A stretch of DNA of 64,000 bases from Octopus vulgaris (Eukaryota): NCBI GenBank assembly GCA_951406725.2, contig OX597819.1, forward strand, positions 111,724,001 through 111,788,000. Reading direction: 5' to 3'. Under the pieces are notes generated by a model. The model worked only from the letters and a program-made list of their open reading frames with translations. It was not told where the DNA came from and did no database searches. The first letter of the stretch is position 1, and each line of letters starts with the position of its first letter. The position numbers were made by a program, and so were the translations under genes. Of the stretch, positions 52,940-64,000 are shown piece by piece.

Positions 52940-53586
52940 GGAAACATGGGTGGTTCTTTCAACATCCTTAAACAACCCTTATTCGGGGACCTTTTGAGCG
53001 GGATGGGCTACTCAACCTGAAGAAATTTCTAACTGCGCCCCACCTGCAAGATCATGTGCTGTTTATCTTGATATGAGATCACCATGTCGCGCACATATGG
53101 TTGTGATGCATGTGCCTGGTGTACCTTTATCAGACAGGTAGTCATGATGGGTATATTGGGCTTCGTATATTTTACCCCAGTGTCACTTTGATGGCATGCA
53201 CTGCTCTCTCACTCAATAATAATAATAATGATAATAATAATAATAATAATAATAATAATAGTTTCAAATTTTGACACAAGACCAGCAAGTTCAGGGGAGG
53301 GGATAAGTTGATTATATCGACCCCAGTGTCAAACTGGTGTGCCCTTATCAGACGGGTAGTCATGATGGGTATACTGGGCTTCGCATATTTTACCCCAGTT
53401 TCACTTTGATGGCATGCACTGCTCTCTCACTCAATAATAATAATAATAATAATAATAATAGTTTCAAATTTTTGCACAAGGCCAGCAAGTTCGACCTCAG
53501 GAATTTGAACCCAGAACGTAAACATGGACAACATGCCACTAAGCATTTTGTCTGGCGTGTTAACGATTCTGCCAGCTTACCGCCTT
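52275..53586. mobile_element. Minus-strand SINE family A copies interleaved with an (AAT)n-tailed retroposon 3' end (52940-53218, partial repeat 53336-53435)
   Basis: Family A pieces at about 52275, 52440, 52695, 53260 and 53460. Duplicated ...GCACTGCTCTCTCACTC(AAT)n tail. Confidence 0.75.
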
Positions 53587-53610
53587 TAATAATAATAATA
53601 ATAATAATAA

Positions 53611-53612
<2 letters not shown>

Positions 53613-53641
<29 letters not shown>

Positions 53642-53825
53642 AAGAAGAAAAGTGAAGAAGAAGAAGAAGAAGAAGAAGAAGAAGAAGAAGAAGGTGAAGA
53701 AGAAGAAGGAAGAAGAAGAAGAAGAAGAAGAAGAAGAAGAAGAAGAAGAAGAAGAAGAAGAAGAAGAAGAAGAAGAAGAAGAAGAAGAAGAAGAAGAAGA
53801 AGAAGAAGAAGAAGAAGAAGAAGAA
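53613..53825. repeat. (GAA)n microsatellite
   Basis: Direct reading. Confidence 0.95.
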
Positions 53826-54184
53826 ACTGTAGTAATCACAACTTCTACCCTGAATGTATTGTGTATGAAGGACAGGGTGGAAGGTTGTAAGTTCTAGCGC
53901 TGTCAATCAATCTTTTAACAAACCTTGAGACAGAAACGGGTGGGTGATATGATCAATAAAAGGGATGAGCAGAGCTTGGTGTGGGGAGATAGAGGTAGAG
54001 TCCTGATCCCTCCACCTACCTGAAGCCACACACCCTTTGTTTTAAATATAAAAGAAAAGGGATTAAGGGAACATTATTTGGGAGTAATTTAGAGGGTCAT
54101 ACAAGAGCAGAAGCAATGAGGCTTACATATATATACATATATACATACATGTATACATGTGTGTGTATAATACATACATACATG

Positions 54185-54236
<52 letters not shown>

Positions 54237-54629
54237 CATGCATACATGTGCGTGTACGCATAAATATTTGTATGTGTATTTGTTTACACTTGAAAGCACA
54301 ATTTAACGACTTAAACTCCCTCTCTGTAGTCTGTAGTCGTATTCCACGCCTCAAATCTGACTAAAGGCCACAACAGCGCATTACACCACTGCTACCGCTG
54401 TCCCAGCTTTCATTCAGCTGCTTCTTAAAGGTGCTAAACCCATTGTCAATGAACAAAAAGAGTCCGTTGAGACGGGCGAAATTAGCTTGAGGAAGTGATT
54501 TTGAGGTACAGGGCAAAGGTTGTTGCAGTCAGGTCACCAAAGTAGAAATGTAGAAGGGGAATATGGCGGGTGGGGTTAGATATTAAAAAAAAACTGGTAG
54601 TTTCAGGAATTTGTGGTTGCTGGTTGCTG

Positions 54630-55014
54630 GTTGCTGCTGTTGCTGTTGCTGTTGAGCGAACGGTCTTCGTCCCAGAGCTCGCAAGATGGGAGAAGTCCGA
54701 AACGTGGTCCTTTGCTATTCGTAAGACCCGCAGAAAAGAAAGCAGGTCAACCCCCCGACACCGAGAGCATCGACGGGTGGATGAATGCGCATCCAGGCTC
54801 AGCGGTTGCGTAGGAAGTCGGGGACAAGAAACAAGAATAAAGAGTGAGAGAAAGTTGCAGCGAAATAGTACAACAGGGGTCGCCACCACCCCTGCCGGAG
54901 CCTCGTGGAGCTTTAGGTCTTTTCGCTCGATAAACACACAACGCCCGGCCTGGGAATCGAAACCGCGATCCTCCGACCGCGAGTCCGCTGCCCTAACCAT
55001 TGGGCCATTGCGCC
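54630..55014 (-). mobile_element. tRNA-derived SINE family C, tail type 1
   Basis: Head GGCGCAATGGCCCAATGGTTAGGGCAGCGGACTCGCGGTCGGAGGATCGCGGTTTCGATTCCC with A and B boxes. Ends in a CAACAG-type repeat. Confidence 0.8.
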
Positions 55015-55074
55015 TTCACTGTGGTTGCTGGTTAATTCCTGAAAGGAGGAGTGAGATACATTCATGCATACGTA

Positions 55075-56177
55075 CGAGATCTGATCAATAAGTACTCGGA
55101 CTGTTGCCATAGTAACAAAGCTAAAGCGCACAAAGTGAAGCGGCGAGCTGGCAGAAACGTTAGCACGCCGGGCGAAATGCTTGGCAGTATTTCGTCAGCC
55201 TTACGTTCTGAGTTCAAATCCCGCCGAGGTCGACTTTGCCTTTCATCCTTTCAGGGTCGATAAATTAAGAATATGTTACGCACTGGGGTCCATGTAATCG
55301 ACTTAATCCCTTTGTCTGTCCTTGTTTGTCCCCTCTAGGATTATCCCATTGTGGGCGATAAAAAGAAATAACAAAGTGAAGTCGCTTGCCAGAGATTGAA
55401 CTTGCATTCTGCTGTGCATGCGCACTAAGTTTTAACGTTCTAGCTCACTTCCGCTGTTTACAGCTGGGCTTGGAAGGAAGGTGTGTAGCGTGTGATAGTT
55501 GCATTGACCATGACAGAAATTTGAGCAGAGAATCTGCATCAATTTTGCCAAAAGCTGTTCAGAAGCCTACGAAAAGTTTTCAAAAACTTTTCATCGCTCT
55601 CGACAAAATCATGGAGATCTTGTGCAACTGAAACCCGAGTGTCTTCTTGGTCAGCTGAAAGCAGCTTTGGCACAAACTTGGCAGACACGCGTCTCATACC
55701 TAAATCTTCAGTAATAATGGACTAATCTACACATCCTCTGATAACTCACGGTTGGTGATTCGACGATTTTCTCTCACAGTTACACGCACATCTGCGATGT
55801 TTTTCTCAGTTCTGCTACTTGCAGGTCTCCCAGACCTTCGTCAATATCGACATTTTTCAGCCATCTTGGAAATGTCAGAACCACTCACACTTGTGTGTGG
55901 CTCATAAACTCCTCTCCATACATTTTCTGCAACCTTGCGTAGGTCTCTGAGCAGGTATGGCCATGACAACTTTCTCTGTCATGGCCAATGCAACGATCAC
56001 ACGCTACACACTTTCCTTCCAAGTACTGCTGTAAACACCGCAAGTGAACCAGGACGTTAAAACTTTGAGCGCCTGCACAGCAGAATTTAAGTTCAATCTT
56101 TACCAAGCGGCTTTGCTCTGTGTCCTTTAGCTTCGTTACTATAGCAACAGTCCAGATACTTATTGATCAGACCTTTA
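55075..56177. mobile_element. Mariner-derived non-autonomous element with long inverted 5' ends
   Basis: Both ends start TCTGATCAATAAGTA..GGACTGTTGC and stay homologous for about 200 bp. The minus strand encodes SGRP...MRRVSAKFVPKLLSADQ remnants. Confidence 0.8.
55141..55370 (+). mobile_element. SINE family A with 11-bp target-site duplication
   Basis: ACAAAGTGAAG at 55130-55140 and 55371-55381, interrupting the mariner-derived arm. Confidence 0.9.
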
Positions 56178-56301
56178 CACATAAATGCATAAACGCATGT
56201 ACGCGTATACATACGCACATACATAAGTAAATATACACACACATACACATACATACATACATACATACATACATACATACATACATACATACATACATAC
56301 A

Positions 56302-56333
<32 letters not shown>

Positions 56334-56745
56334 GGCGTAGGAGTGGCTGTGTAGTAAGTGGCTTGCTTACCAACCACATGGTTCTGGATTCAGTCCCACT
56401 GCGTGGCACCTTAGGCAAGTGTCTTCTACTATAGGCTCGGGCCGACCAAAGCCTTGTAAGTGGATTTGGTTGACGGAAACTGAAAGAAGCCCGTCGCATA
56501 AATATATACATGTGTGTGTGGTGTGTGTGCGTGTGTACTTGTGTGTCTGAGTTTGTCCCCCCAACATCGCTTGACAACCGATGCTGGTGCGTTTACGTCC
56601 CCGTAACTTAGCGGTTCGGCAAAAGAGACCGATAGAATAAGTACTAGGCTTACAAGGAATAAGTCCTGGGGTCGATATGCTCGACTAAAGGCGGTGCTCC
56701 AGCATGGCCACAGTCAAATGATTGAAACGAATAAAAGAAAAAAAA
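56334..56745 (+). mobile_element. SINE family B, full length
   Basis: As for 39946. Follows (ATAC)n-ATA. Confidence 0.9.
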
Positions 56746-57877
56746 GAGATACATGCATACATACAAAAATACCCCGTTGTTGATGTTGATATTCCAATGA
56801 AGGAGCCTCGGATCTAGGTTAGAAATCGGCTCTTTCTCTATTGGCAAAAAGTCTTGAAATAAAACTGAATAATGGCATACATAGATTATACGTACATACA
56901 TACACACACACACTAACACACATACATGCATACACATACATACATACATACACACATACATATATACATACATACATACATACATACATACGTACATACA
57001 TACATACATACATACATACGTACACACATTCATACACACAGGCAAATATACACACACATACATACATACACATGCACACACATACATACACATGCACACA
57101 CATACCTGCATACAATCATACACAGATGCATACATACATACATATGCACACATACATTCACACACACATGCATGCATACACACACATATCTATGCACATA
57201 CATATACGCACACACATTCGTACTTACACATGCAAACACATACATACATACATACATACAATCACACACATGCATACATACGTACATACATACATACATA
57301 CATACCTACATATATGCATACATACATACATACAAACACACACACATACATACATACATACATACATACATACATACATACATACATACATACATACATG
57401 AGAACTTTCTCATCTTGTCAGGTGATAGCCGTCTGACTTTCAGCCTGATTGTGCTGATTTACTTTCAGCCTTGCATGCGCATGAATATCTATCACCGTAG
57501 GACTTCATAAAACACAAAACGAACCAAGAAATAAGTGACAAAAGCTTGTTGAACACTTTCGCCACTCTCTCGGCTGCCGTCGAAGGTTTCAATAACAAGC
57601 ATTGCAAGTGCTGTTTTGACAAGTTTTATGTTACAGAATGTTTCTCCTAGAAGAGCAAGAGTCGCCTTGCCCACGGTTTTGTCAAAAGTAACAGGAGTCT
57701 CCACTGTTCCTGGGAAATCTATCTAACCCATAGATGGGCCCTGCCAGGTACTACCGTTCAAGGTGAGAAAGGATCTGGGAGTAATTGCAGTTAAGATATG
57801 ACTCCACGTTGCCCCACAACCCCAGAACTGTCAAACTGTAGCCTTACCACTAGATACTGTTTAATATCATGCCCAGG

Positions 57878-57917
<40 letters not shown>

Positions 57918-57918
<1 letters not shown>

Positions 57919-58240
57919 GAGACACAATGGTGCAGTGGTTAGAGCAGCGGACGCGCAGTCGGAGGATCGCGGTTTCGATTCCCAGACCGGGTGTTCTGTG
58001 TGTTTATTGAGCGAAAACACCTAAAGCTCCACGAGGCTCCGGCAAGGGGTGGTGGCGACCCCTGTTGTACTCTTTCGCCCCAACTTTCTCTCGCTCTTTC
58101 TTCCTGTTTCTTGAGTAACGCTGTGATGGACTGGCGTCCCGTCCAGCGGTGGGAGCGGGGAACACATACGCCACAGAAACCGGGAAACCAGGCCCATGAG
58201 CCTGCCTAGAATTGAAAAGGGCGCATAAATAAAATAAAAA
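57918..58240 (+). mobile_element. tRNA-derived SINE family C, tail type 2
   Basis: First ~190 nt match the 55014 copy, then GATGGACTGGCGTCCCGTCCAG...GAAACCGG and an AAAT tail. Confidence 0.8.
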
Positions 58241-58429
58241 TATATATATATGTACATTCACACACACACACACGCGCACACACGCACGCACACACACACA
58301 CACCACACACACGGCGGTCAGCGAAAAATAGGGCGTTGTTTAATCCAAGTGTTTGTGTTTTGTTTTTCAAGTGGCCAATAGAGTTTCTTGATTGATAGAT
58401 GCTACCGGTTGGCTGGCTTGTGCGTTTCA

Positions 58430-58462
<33 letters not shown>

Positions 58463-58941
58463 CGCAACCTGAGCTGATGTATGAATGGATGGATGCCTGG
58501 ATGGCTGTAGGACTGGACAATCAAGAGTTACTTTGCACTCGGTGAACCTTATCAACCGCTGACTGGTTGATTCTCTAAGACTTTAACGGAGATTATAAGA
58601 AAAAATGACTACAATTATATGTGTATGTGTATGGTGTGTGTGCGCATGTGTGTGCATGTATGTATGTATGTATGTATGTAAGTATGTATGTATGTATGTA
58701 TGTAAGTATGTATGTATGTATGTATGTATGCATAAGCTGAACTGTAGGGAGTCGTTGATAGGTTTAACTTTTACCTTGAAATAAAGATGTTAAAGTAGGA
58801 GTGTGTGGGTGAGTGTGTGCGCGCGTGCGTATGTGTGTCCACGCGTGCGTACCTTTGTATATGAGTGTGCTTGCGTGCATGTGTGTGTGCGTACGCGTGT
58901 GCATGCGTGCGTATGTGTGTATTTGTGTGTGTCTATCTGTA

Positions 58942-59215
58942 GGCGCGTGACTTGGTGGTTAGTATATTGCACTCACACTCGCGGGGTCGGGAGTTCGAAT
59001 CCCAGACCGGCACTGCATTGTGTTCTTCATTTCAAGTCACTCTGTCCAGACTACTCAGCTCTAAATGTATAATCCGGCGACAGATTGCCTTACCATTTAA
59101 AAGGAATACAGTTCTACTCGCCTAACCAGCGGGGTGGCATCATTCGAAGGCTAAAACAATGCGAAACGCACTGTGAACAGCAATATATAACATCCGGTAG
59201 TTTGGTCGACACAGT
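58942..59215 (+). mobile_element. Further tRNA-derived SINE (diverged)
   Basis: GGCGCGTGACTTGGTGGTTAG (A box) and GAGTTCGAATCCC (B box) with no closed cloverleaf. The 3' boundary is uncertain. Confidence 0.55.
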
Positions 59216-59226
59216 TATGTGTGTGC

Positions 59227-59269
<43 letters not shown>

Positions 59270-59270
<1 letters not shown>

Positions 59271-59905
59271 TAGCAGTATCGCCCGGCGTTGCTCGGGTTT
59301 GTAAGGGAAATAACTATATAAGCATTTTTAGAGAGTTATAGCCAAAAAATATCAAAAAATGCATTAAAAATGGAAAAAATATGATGGTCAATTTTTTGAA
59401 AAATCGTTGACTCATCGTAGACATTTTTAGAGAGTTACTTCCCTTATATAATAGCGAAGAAATGCATTAAAATGGAAAAAAACGATGGTAAATTTTTTTT
59501 TAAATCGTAGACTCATGTAGACGCTTTCTTAGCCATTTCTGTTTTGGTGTCTTCAAGCCATGAAGTCGTTGTTCTAAAAGAACGCTGGTCTCCTTGACAA
59601 CGCATTACGACGTTGATTTCCTTACACTCCCTTCCCCACAGGTGCAGGTGTGAGCGTGGACGCCAACTCCGCCGCCATCGACACACGAAAAATTATGCAT
59701 TAAAATGGAATAAAAAATGATGTTAAATTATTTTTAAAATCGTAGACTCATCGTAGACGCGCGCTAATACTCAGACGGGCTCGATATGAATCACGACTAT
59801 AAGCTACCCGAATTTGGTTAAACTGCACCGCAAAATGTGGGAGTAGTTAGGAATCTAAATCGAAGGGGACAGACACTCACACAACTACAGTTTTATATAT
59901 ATAGA
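59270..59905 (-). mobile_element. Non-autonomous Helitron (636 bp)
   Basis: 5' TCTATATATATAAAA, 3' CTAG preceded by the hairpin CCCGAGCAACGCCGGG, inserted between A and T. Three internal AAATCGTAGACTCATCGTAGAC-like subrepeats. Confidence 0.85.
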
Positions 59906-59924
59906 TATACATAGCGCAGTAGTG

Positions 59925-60355
59925 GTGAGATGTGACAGCAAAGAAAAGCATACATTCACTCTCTGCATGCAATTAGACTCGGAAAGTTCGTGAGGAACCC
60001 ATTGACCCAATTTGCTGACTTTTCCGATAGCACACAGGTGTCAATGAATGGTTGAATGACCAAATCCAAGCTTCTCTGCTAGTTCCTCAACAGTTACGAT
60101 GAGATTTTGTTCCACCAGGGTTTTCAGGATGTCCTTGTCGAGTTCTACAGATCTTTCAGGATGAGGCTCGTCTTCTAGGCTGTTCCAATATAGCTTTGAA
60201 AAAAATAGCTGTTAAAATCGAAATGCACTCTTCAAAACTTGCACTATGAATAAGGACAAGATAAAATTACTACCTGCTTTTATAGCAAGTTAATATAAGT
60301 AGTTTATCCCATTCCCCTCTGACTTTTAGTTCAAGCTGTTGAAAAAACCGCATTA
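59925..60355 (-). mobile_element. Mariner fragment of a third family
   Basis: SLEDEPHPERSVELD...TVEELAEKLGFGHSTIH*HL..IGKVSKLGQWVPHELSE contains the mariner WVPHEL motif. Confidence 0.8.
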
Positions 60356-60613
60356 TTATATATATACATACATACATACATACATATACACACACACTCT
60401 CTCTCTCACACACATGCACACATTTATATTCTGTTATTCTTTTATATGTTTCAGCCTTGAGGTTGTGGCCATGCTGGATCATGTGTGTGTGTGTGTGTCT
60501 ATCTGTCTGTCTGTCTGTATGTATATATGTATATGTATGTGTGTGAACAATAATATTTTCAACAGATGTGTTGCAAATGTATCTGATTGTTCTCAAGCTT
60601 CAATACTGTGTTG

Positions 60614-60650
<37 letters not shown>

Positions 60651-61518
60651 ATGTATGTATGTATATGTATGTATGTATGTGTGTATGTATGTATGTGTGT
60701 GTGTATGTATGTATGTGTGTGTGTATGTATGTATGTATGTATGTATGTATGTATGTATGTATGTATGTATGTATGTATGAGTGTATGTTTACTTTATTAC
60801 TAACACAAGCCACTACGGTTATTTAATGTAAAGTCAAGTCTTCCTCAAATCACTATCTCTGGCTATTTACTCTCTTCCAAGAACATTTTCACTCACACTT
60901 ATGTGTTAGCTTCCCATACATTTTACTCATATATATAATACATTAAAAGTCAAGTTCAATCATGCTTGCTTGCTTGCAATGTTACACAGCCAAAATGGCT
61001 CATAATGGGAAAATACTATGAAAGTAATGTGTCTCTGAAATGTTAATACGAATAGAATAAAACAAATTTCGCGTAAATCGAACCAGTAGTTACTAAGTTA
61101 TTCATGGTTTGGCGGGTATAAATTCCCAAAATGGTGCCTAATGGGAAAATACTCCGAAAATAAGTTAACCCCAAGAGGGAAGAAACTGTAACGTTTCCAT
61201 TAGACACATTATGATAGGCAAAATATTTTAAAGTGAAAATTACTTTAAAAATACAGAAAATATTTCGTAAAAGACCTGTTCGTAACCTCGGTGTGAAATA
61301 GATTTTTCCATAGGTTTCTTTCGAGTGCATTCAACGTATCTCATCTCCAAAGATTTGGCTGTTATTTTTAGCACACCCTGCCATCACGTAACAGCTACTT
61401 GCGACGACGGACCCGAAATACCTGTTACGTGGTAGCAGGGCATGCAAGAAATAGCACCCAAATCTCTCTTTTTCCAAGGAAAGAAGCTGTTTACGCGCGA
61501 TTTCGACGTCACATTAGG

Positions 61519-62654
61519 TCAGCAGATGAAACGGTATATCGTATAAGAAATTACAGGGTAAATGTTTTTTAAATTTTCTCCTGGTTTACGGAATTAATTT
61601 TTATTTGCGGTTGAAGCTTTGGCTGTTATTTCTAGTGGGGGAATGGCCTATTATGGCCGTTCCTTGATTGTTGATGTTGTACTTAAAAATGGTCTATGAC
61701 TATTTAATTTTTTCCCACTAGGCCGCTGGTGGCAAAAGAATTCTACAAAATTTTTTTGCCACCCTATATTGATTTATTATGAATTTTCTGGTTAATTCCG
61801 TAATGGAATCGACGGCTTATATTTATTTGCTGCCGATAAATTTGGCGCGAGTGCGACGATTTGAAAATTTTAGGTCAGATATAACCTTGGCAAGGTCGGA
61901 AATGCCTCGTGAAAATATCTGTTCCGACTTGGGCTATTTCTTACTGAAGAATCTGAGGGCCTTTGGAAGATTGGCTTGATTTAATTTAATCAGGTTAGTT
62001 TACCATTAATCAGCAGATGAAACGGTATATCGTATAAGAAATTACAGGGTAAATGTTTTTTAAATTTTCTCCTGGTTTACGGAATTAATTTTTATTTGCG
62101 GTTGAAGCTTTGGCTGTTATTTCTAGTGGGTGAATGGCCTATTATGGCCGTTCCTTGATTGTTGATGTTGAACTTAAAAATGGTCTATGACTATTTAATT
62201 TTTTCCCACTAGGCCGCTGGTGGCAAAAGAATTCTACAAAATTTTTTTTGCCACCCTATATTGATTTATTATGAATTTTCTGGTTAATTCCGTAATGGAA
62301 TCGACGGCTTATATTTATTTGCTGCTGATAAATTTGGCGCGAGTGCGACGATTTGAAAATTTTAGGTCAGATATAACCTTGGCAAGGTCGGAAATGCCTC
62401 GTGAAAATATCTGTTCCGACTTGGGCTATTTCTTACTGAAGAATCTGAGGGCCTTTGGAAGATTGGCTTGATTTAATTTAATCAGGTTAGTTTACCATTA
62501 ATCAGCAGATGAAACGGTATATCGTATAAGAAATTACAGGGTAAATGTTTTTTAAATTTTCTCCTGGTTTACGGAATTAATTTTTATTTGCGGTTGAAGC
62601 TTTGGCTGTTATTTCTAGTGGGTGAATGGCCTATTATGGCCGTTCCTTGATTGT

Positions 62655-62657
<3 letters not shown>
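61519..62657. repeat. Tandem repeat, 491/492-bp unit, about 2.3 copies
   Basis: Units start TCAGCAGATGAAACGG at 61519, 62010 and 62502 and differ by only a few bases. Confidence 0.95.
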
Positions 62658-62692
<35 letters not shown>

Positions 62693-62695
<3 letters not shown>

Positions 62696-62815
62696 AGTGG
62701 CTGTGTGGTAACTATCATGCTTACCAACCACATGGTCTTGGGTTCAGTCCTACTGCGTGGCAACTTCGGCAAGTGTCTTCTACCATAGCCTCGAGCCAAA
62801 CCAAAGCCTTGTGAA
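62693..62815 (+). mobile_element. SINE family B head
   Basis: (TA)n-GGAGTGGCTGTGTGGTAA...GGCAAGTGTCTTCTAC. Confidence 0.8.
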
Positions 62816-62942
62816 TGGTCCCGGGTTGAGTCGGAGTTAACCACAGTAAATAAGGTACTCAATACATAGCAGAGTTTATGATTTCTTTTGAATGAAACAG
62901 TTCTAGTCCTGTAGAAGCTCCTTCTATAAAATAAATAAATAA

Positions 62943-63006
<64 letters not shown>

Positions 63007-63224
63007 AGAGTTTACGAAAAAATAAGACAAAGACAGGTGGTGTACAAAACAAAGCAAACAGATGTATTAGTATAACGCTCAGGAATAGAAAAAGTCTTTT
63101 CCGTTTCGAGCCTACGTTCTTCTACAGAAAGGGACTCAGAAAAAACAAGGAGAGAAAAAAAGGAGAGAAAAAAATATATATATAAATATATATATACATA
63201 TATACACACATATATTTATATATT

Positions 63225-63281
<57 letters not shown>

Positions 63282-63330
63282 AAACAAGTCAAAAATAGAA
63301 AATGCTAAGATAATTTTATAGTAAATCTTT

Positions 63331-63368
63331 CAGTACCGGTTTCGGTCATTTTGAGACCTTTTCAACTG
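63331..63368 (-). ncRNA. Minimal type I hammerhead with U3-A8 core variant
   Basis: CAG-TTGAAAA-GGTC-tcaaaat-GACC-GAAA-CCGG-TA-CTG. Confidence 0.6.
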
Positions 63369-63568
63369 TAACGATTAAATAATTAAATTTAGAAAAATTA
63401 GAAGAAAAGTTTTTTTAAAAGAATATTTCTGTAGTAGTGTTCAGATATAAGTAGCATTCTGCCTTTCTCTGACTCCCTTGTTTGCACTTGTGTGTTCGAG
63501 GTATATATATATATATATATATATATACATAAATATATAAATATATGTGTGTATATATATATATATAT

Positions 63569-63615
<47 letters not shown>

Positions 63616-63642
63616 AATATATAATTATATGTGTGTATATAT

Positions 63643-63674
<32 letters not shown>

Positions 63675-63701
63675 GTGTGTGTGTGTATATATATATTTAT
63701 G

Positions 63702-63754
<53 letters not shown>

Positions 63755-63789
63755 GTAAGTATGTATGTATGCGTGTGTGTGTGTGTATG

Positions 63790-64000
63790 CTTGTGTGTCT
63801 GTGTTTGTTCCTCCCCCAATATCGCTTCATAACCGGTGCTGGTGTGTTTACGTCCCCGTAACTTAGCGTTTCGGTAAAACAGAACAATAGAATAAGTACT
63901 AGGCTTAAAAAGAATAAGCTCTGGGGTCGATTTGCTCGACTAAAGCCTGTGCTCCAGCATGGCCACAGTCGAATGACTGAAACAAGTAAAAGAGTAAAAG
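63790..64000 (+). mobile_element. SINE family B tail
   Basis: GCTGGTGTGTTTACGTCCCCGTAACTTAGCG...GACTGAAACAAGTAAAAGAGTAAAAG. Confidence 0.85.

Noticed and set aside
54695-54715. CCGAAACGTGGTC in the SINE C tail as a hammerhead half
   Set aside because: No CUGANGA partner strand nearby.
61779-62471. Duplicated 66-aa ORFs as a small gene family
   Set aside because: They arise from the 492-bp tandem repeat and show no recognisable protein features.

Overview
AT-rich, microsatellite-dense animal genomic DNA. The SINE families and (TA)n/(AAT)n/(TAG)n load suggest an octopus or other cephalopod, which is an inference. No intact host protein-coding gene is visible, and nearly all track ORFs are microsatellite translations. 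Main contents: (1) a ~20-kb initiator tRNA-Met (CAT) array at ~18.7-39.1 kb. It has six identical intact genes, about a dozen variant copies and many decayed ones, arranged as alternating inverted duplications and interrupted by a full-length dead mariner. (2) Decayed transposons: a Chapaev/CMC-like transposase, three Tx1/L1-like LINE pieces, an R4/Dong-like LINE, mariner relics and MITEs, a non-autonomous Helitron and several tRNA-derived SINE families. (3) Several short elements inserted in (TA)n tracts that carry hammerhead-ribozyme cores. The most striking, at ~48.9 kb, has the three hammerhead strands in a non-circularly permuted, pseudoknotted order. (4) A young 491/492-bp tandem repeat. 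All calls were read by eye, so boundaries of decayed elements are approximate.
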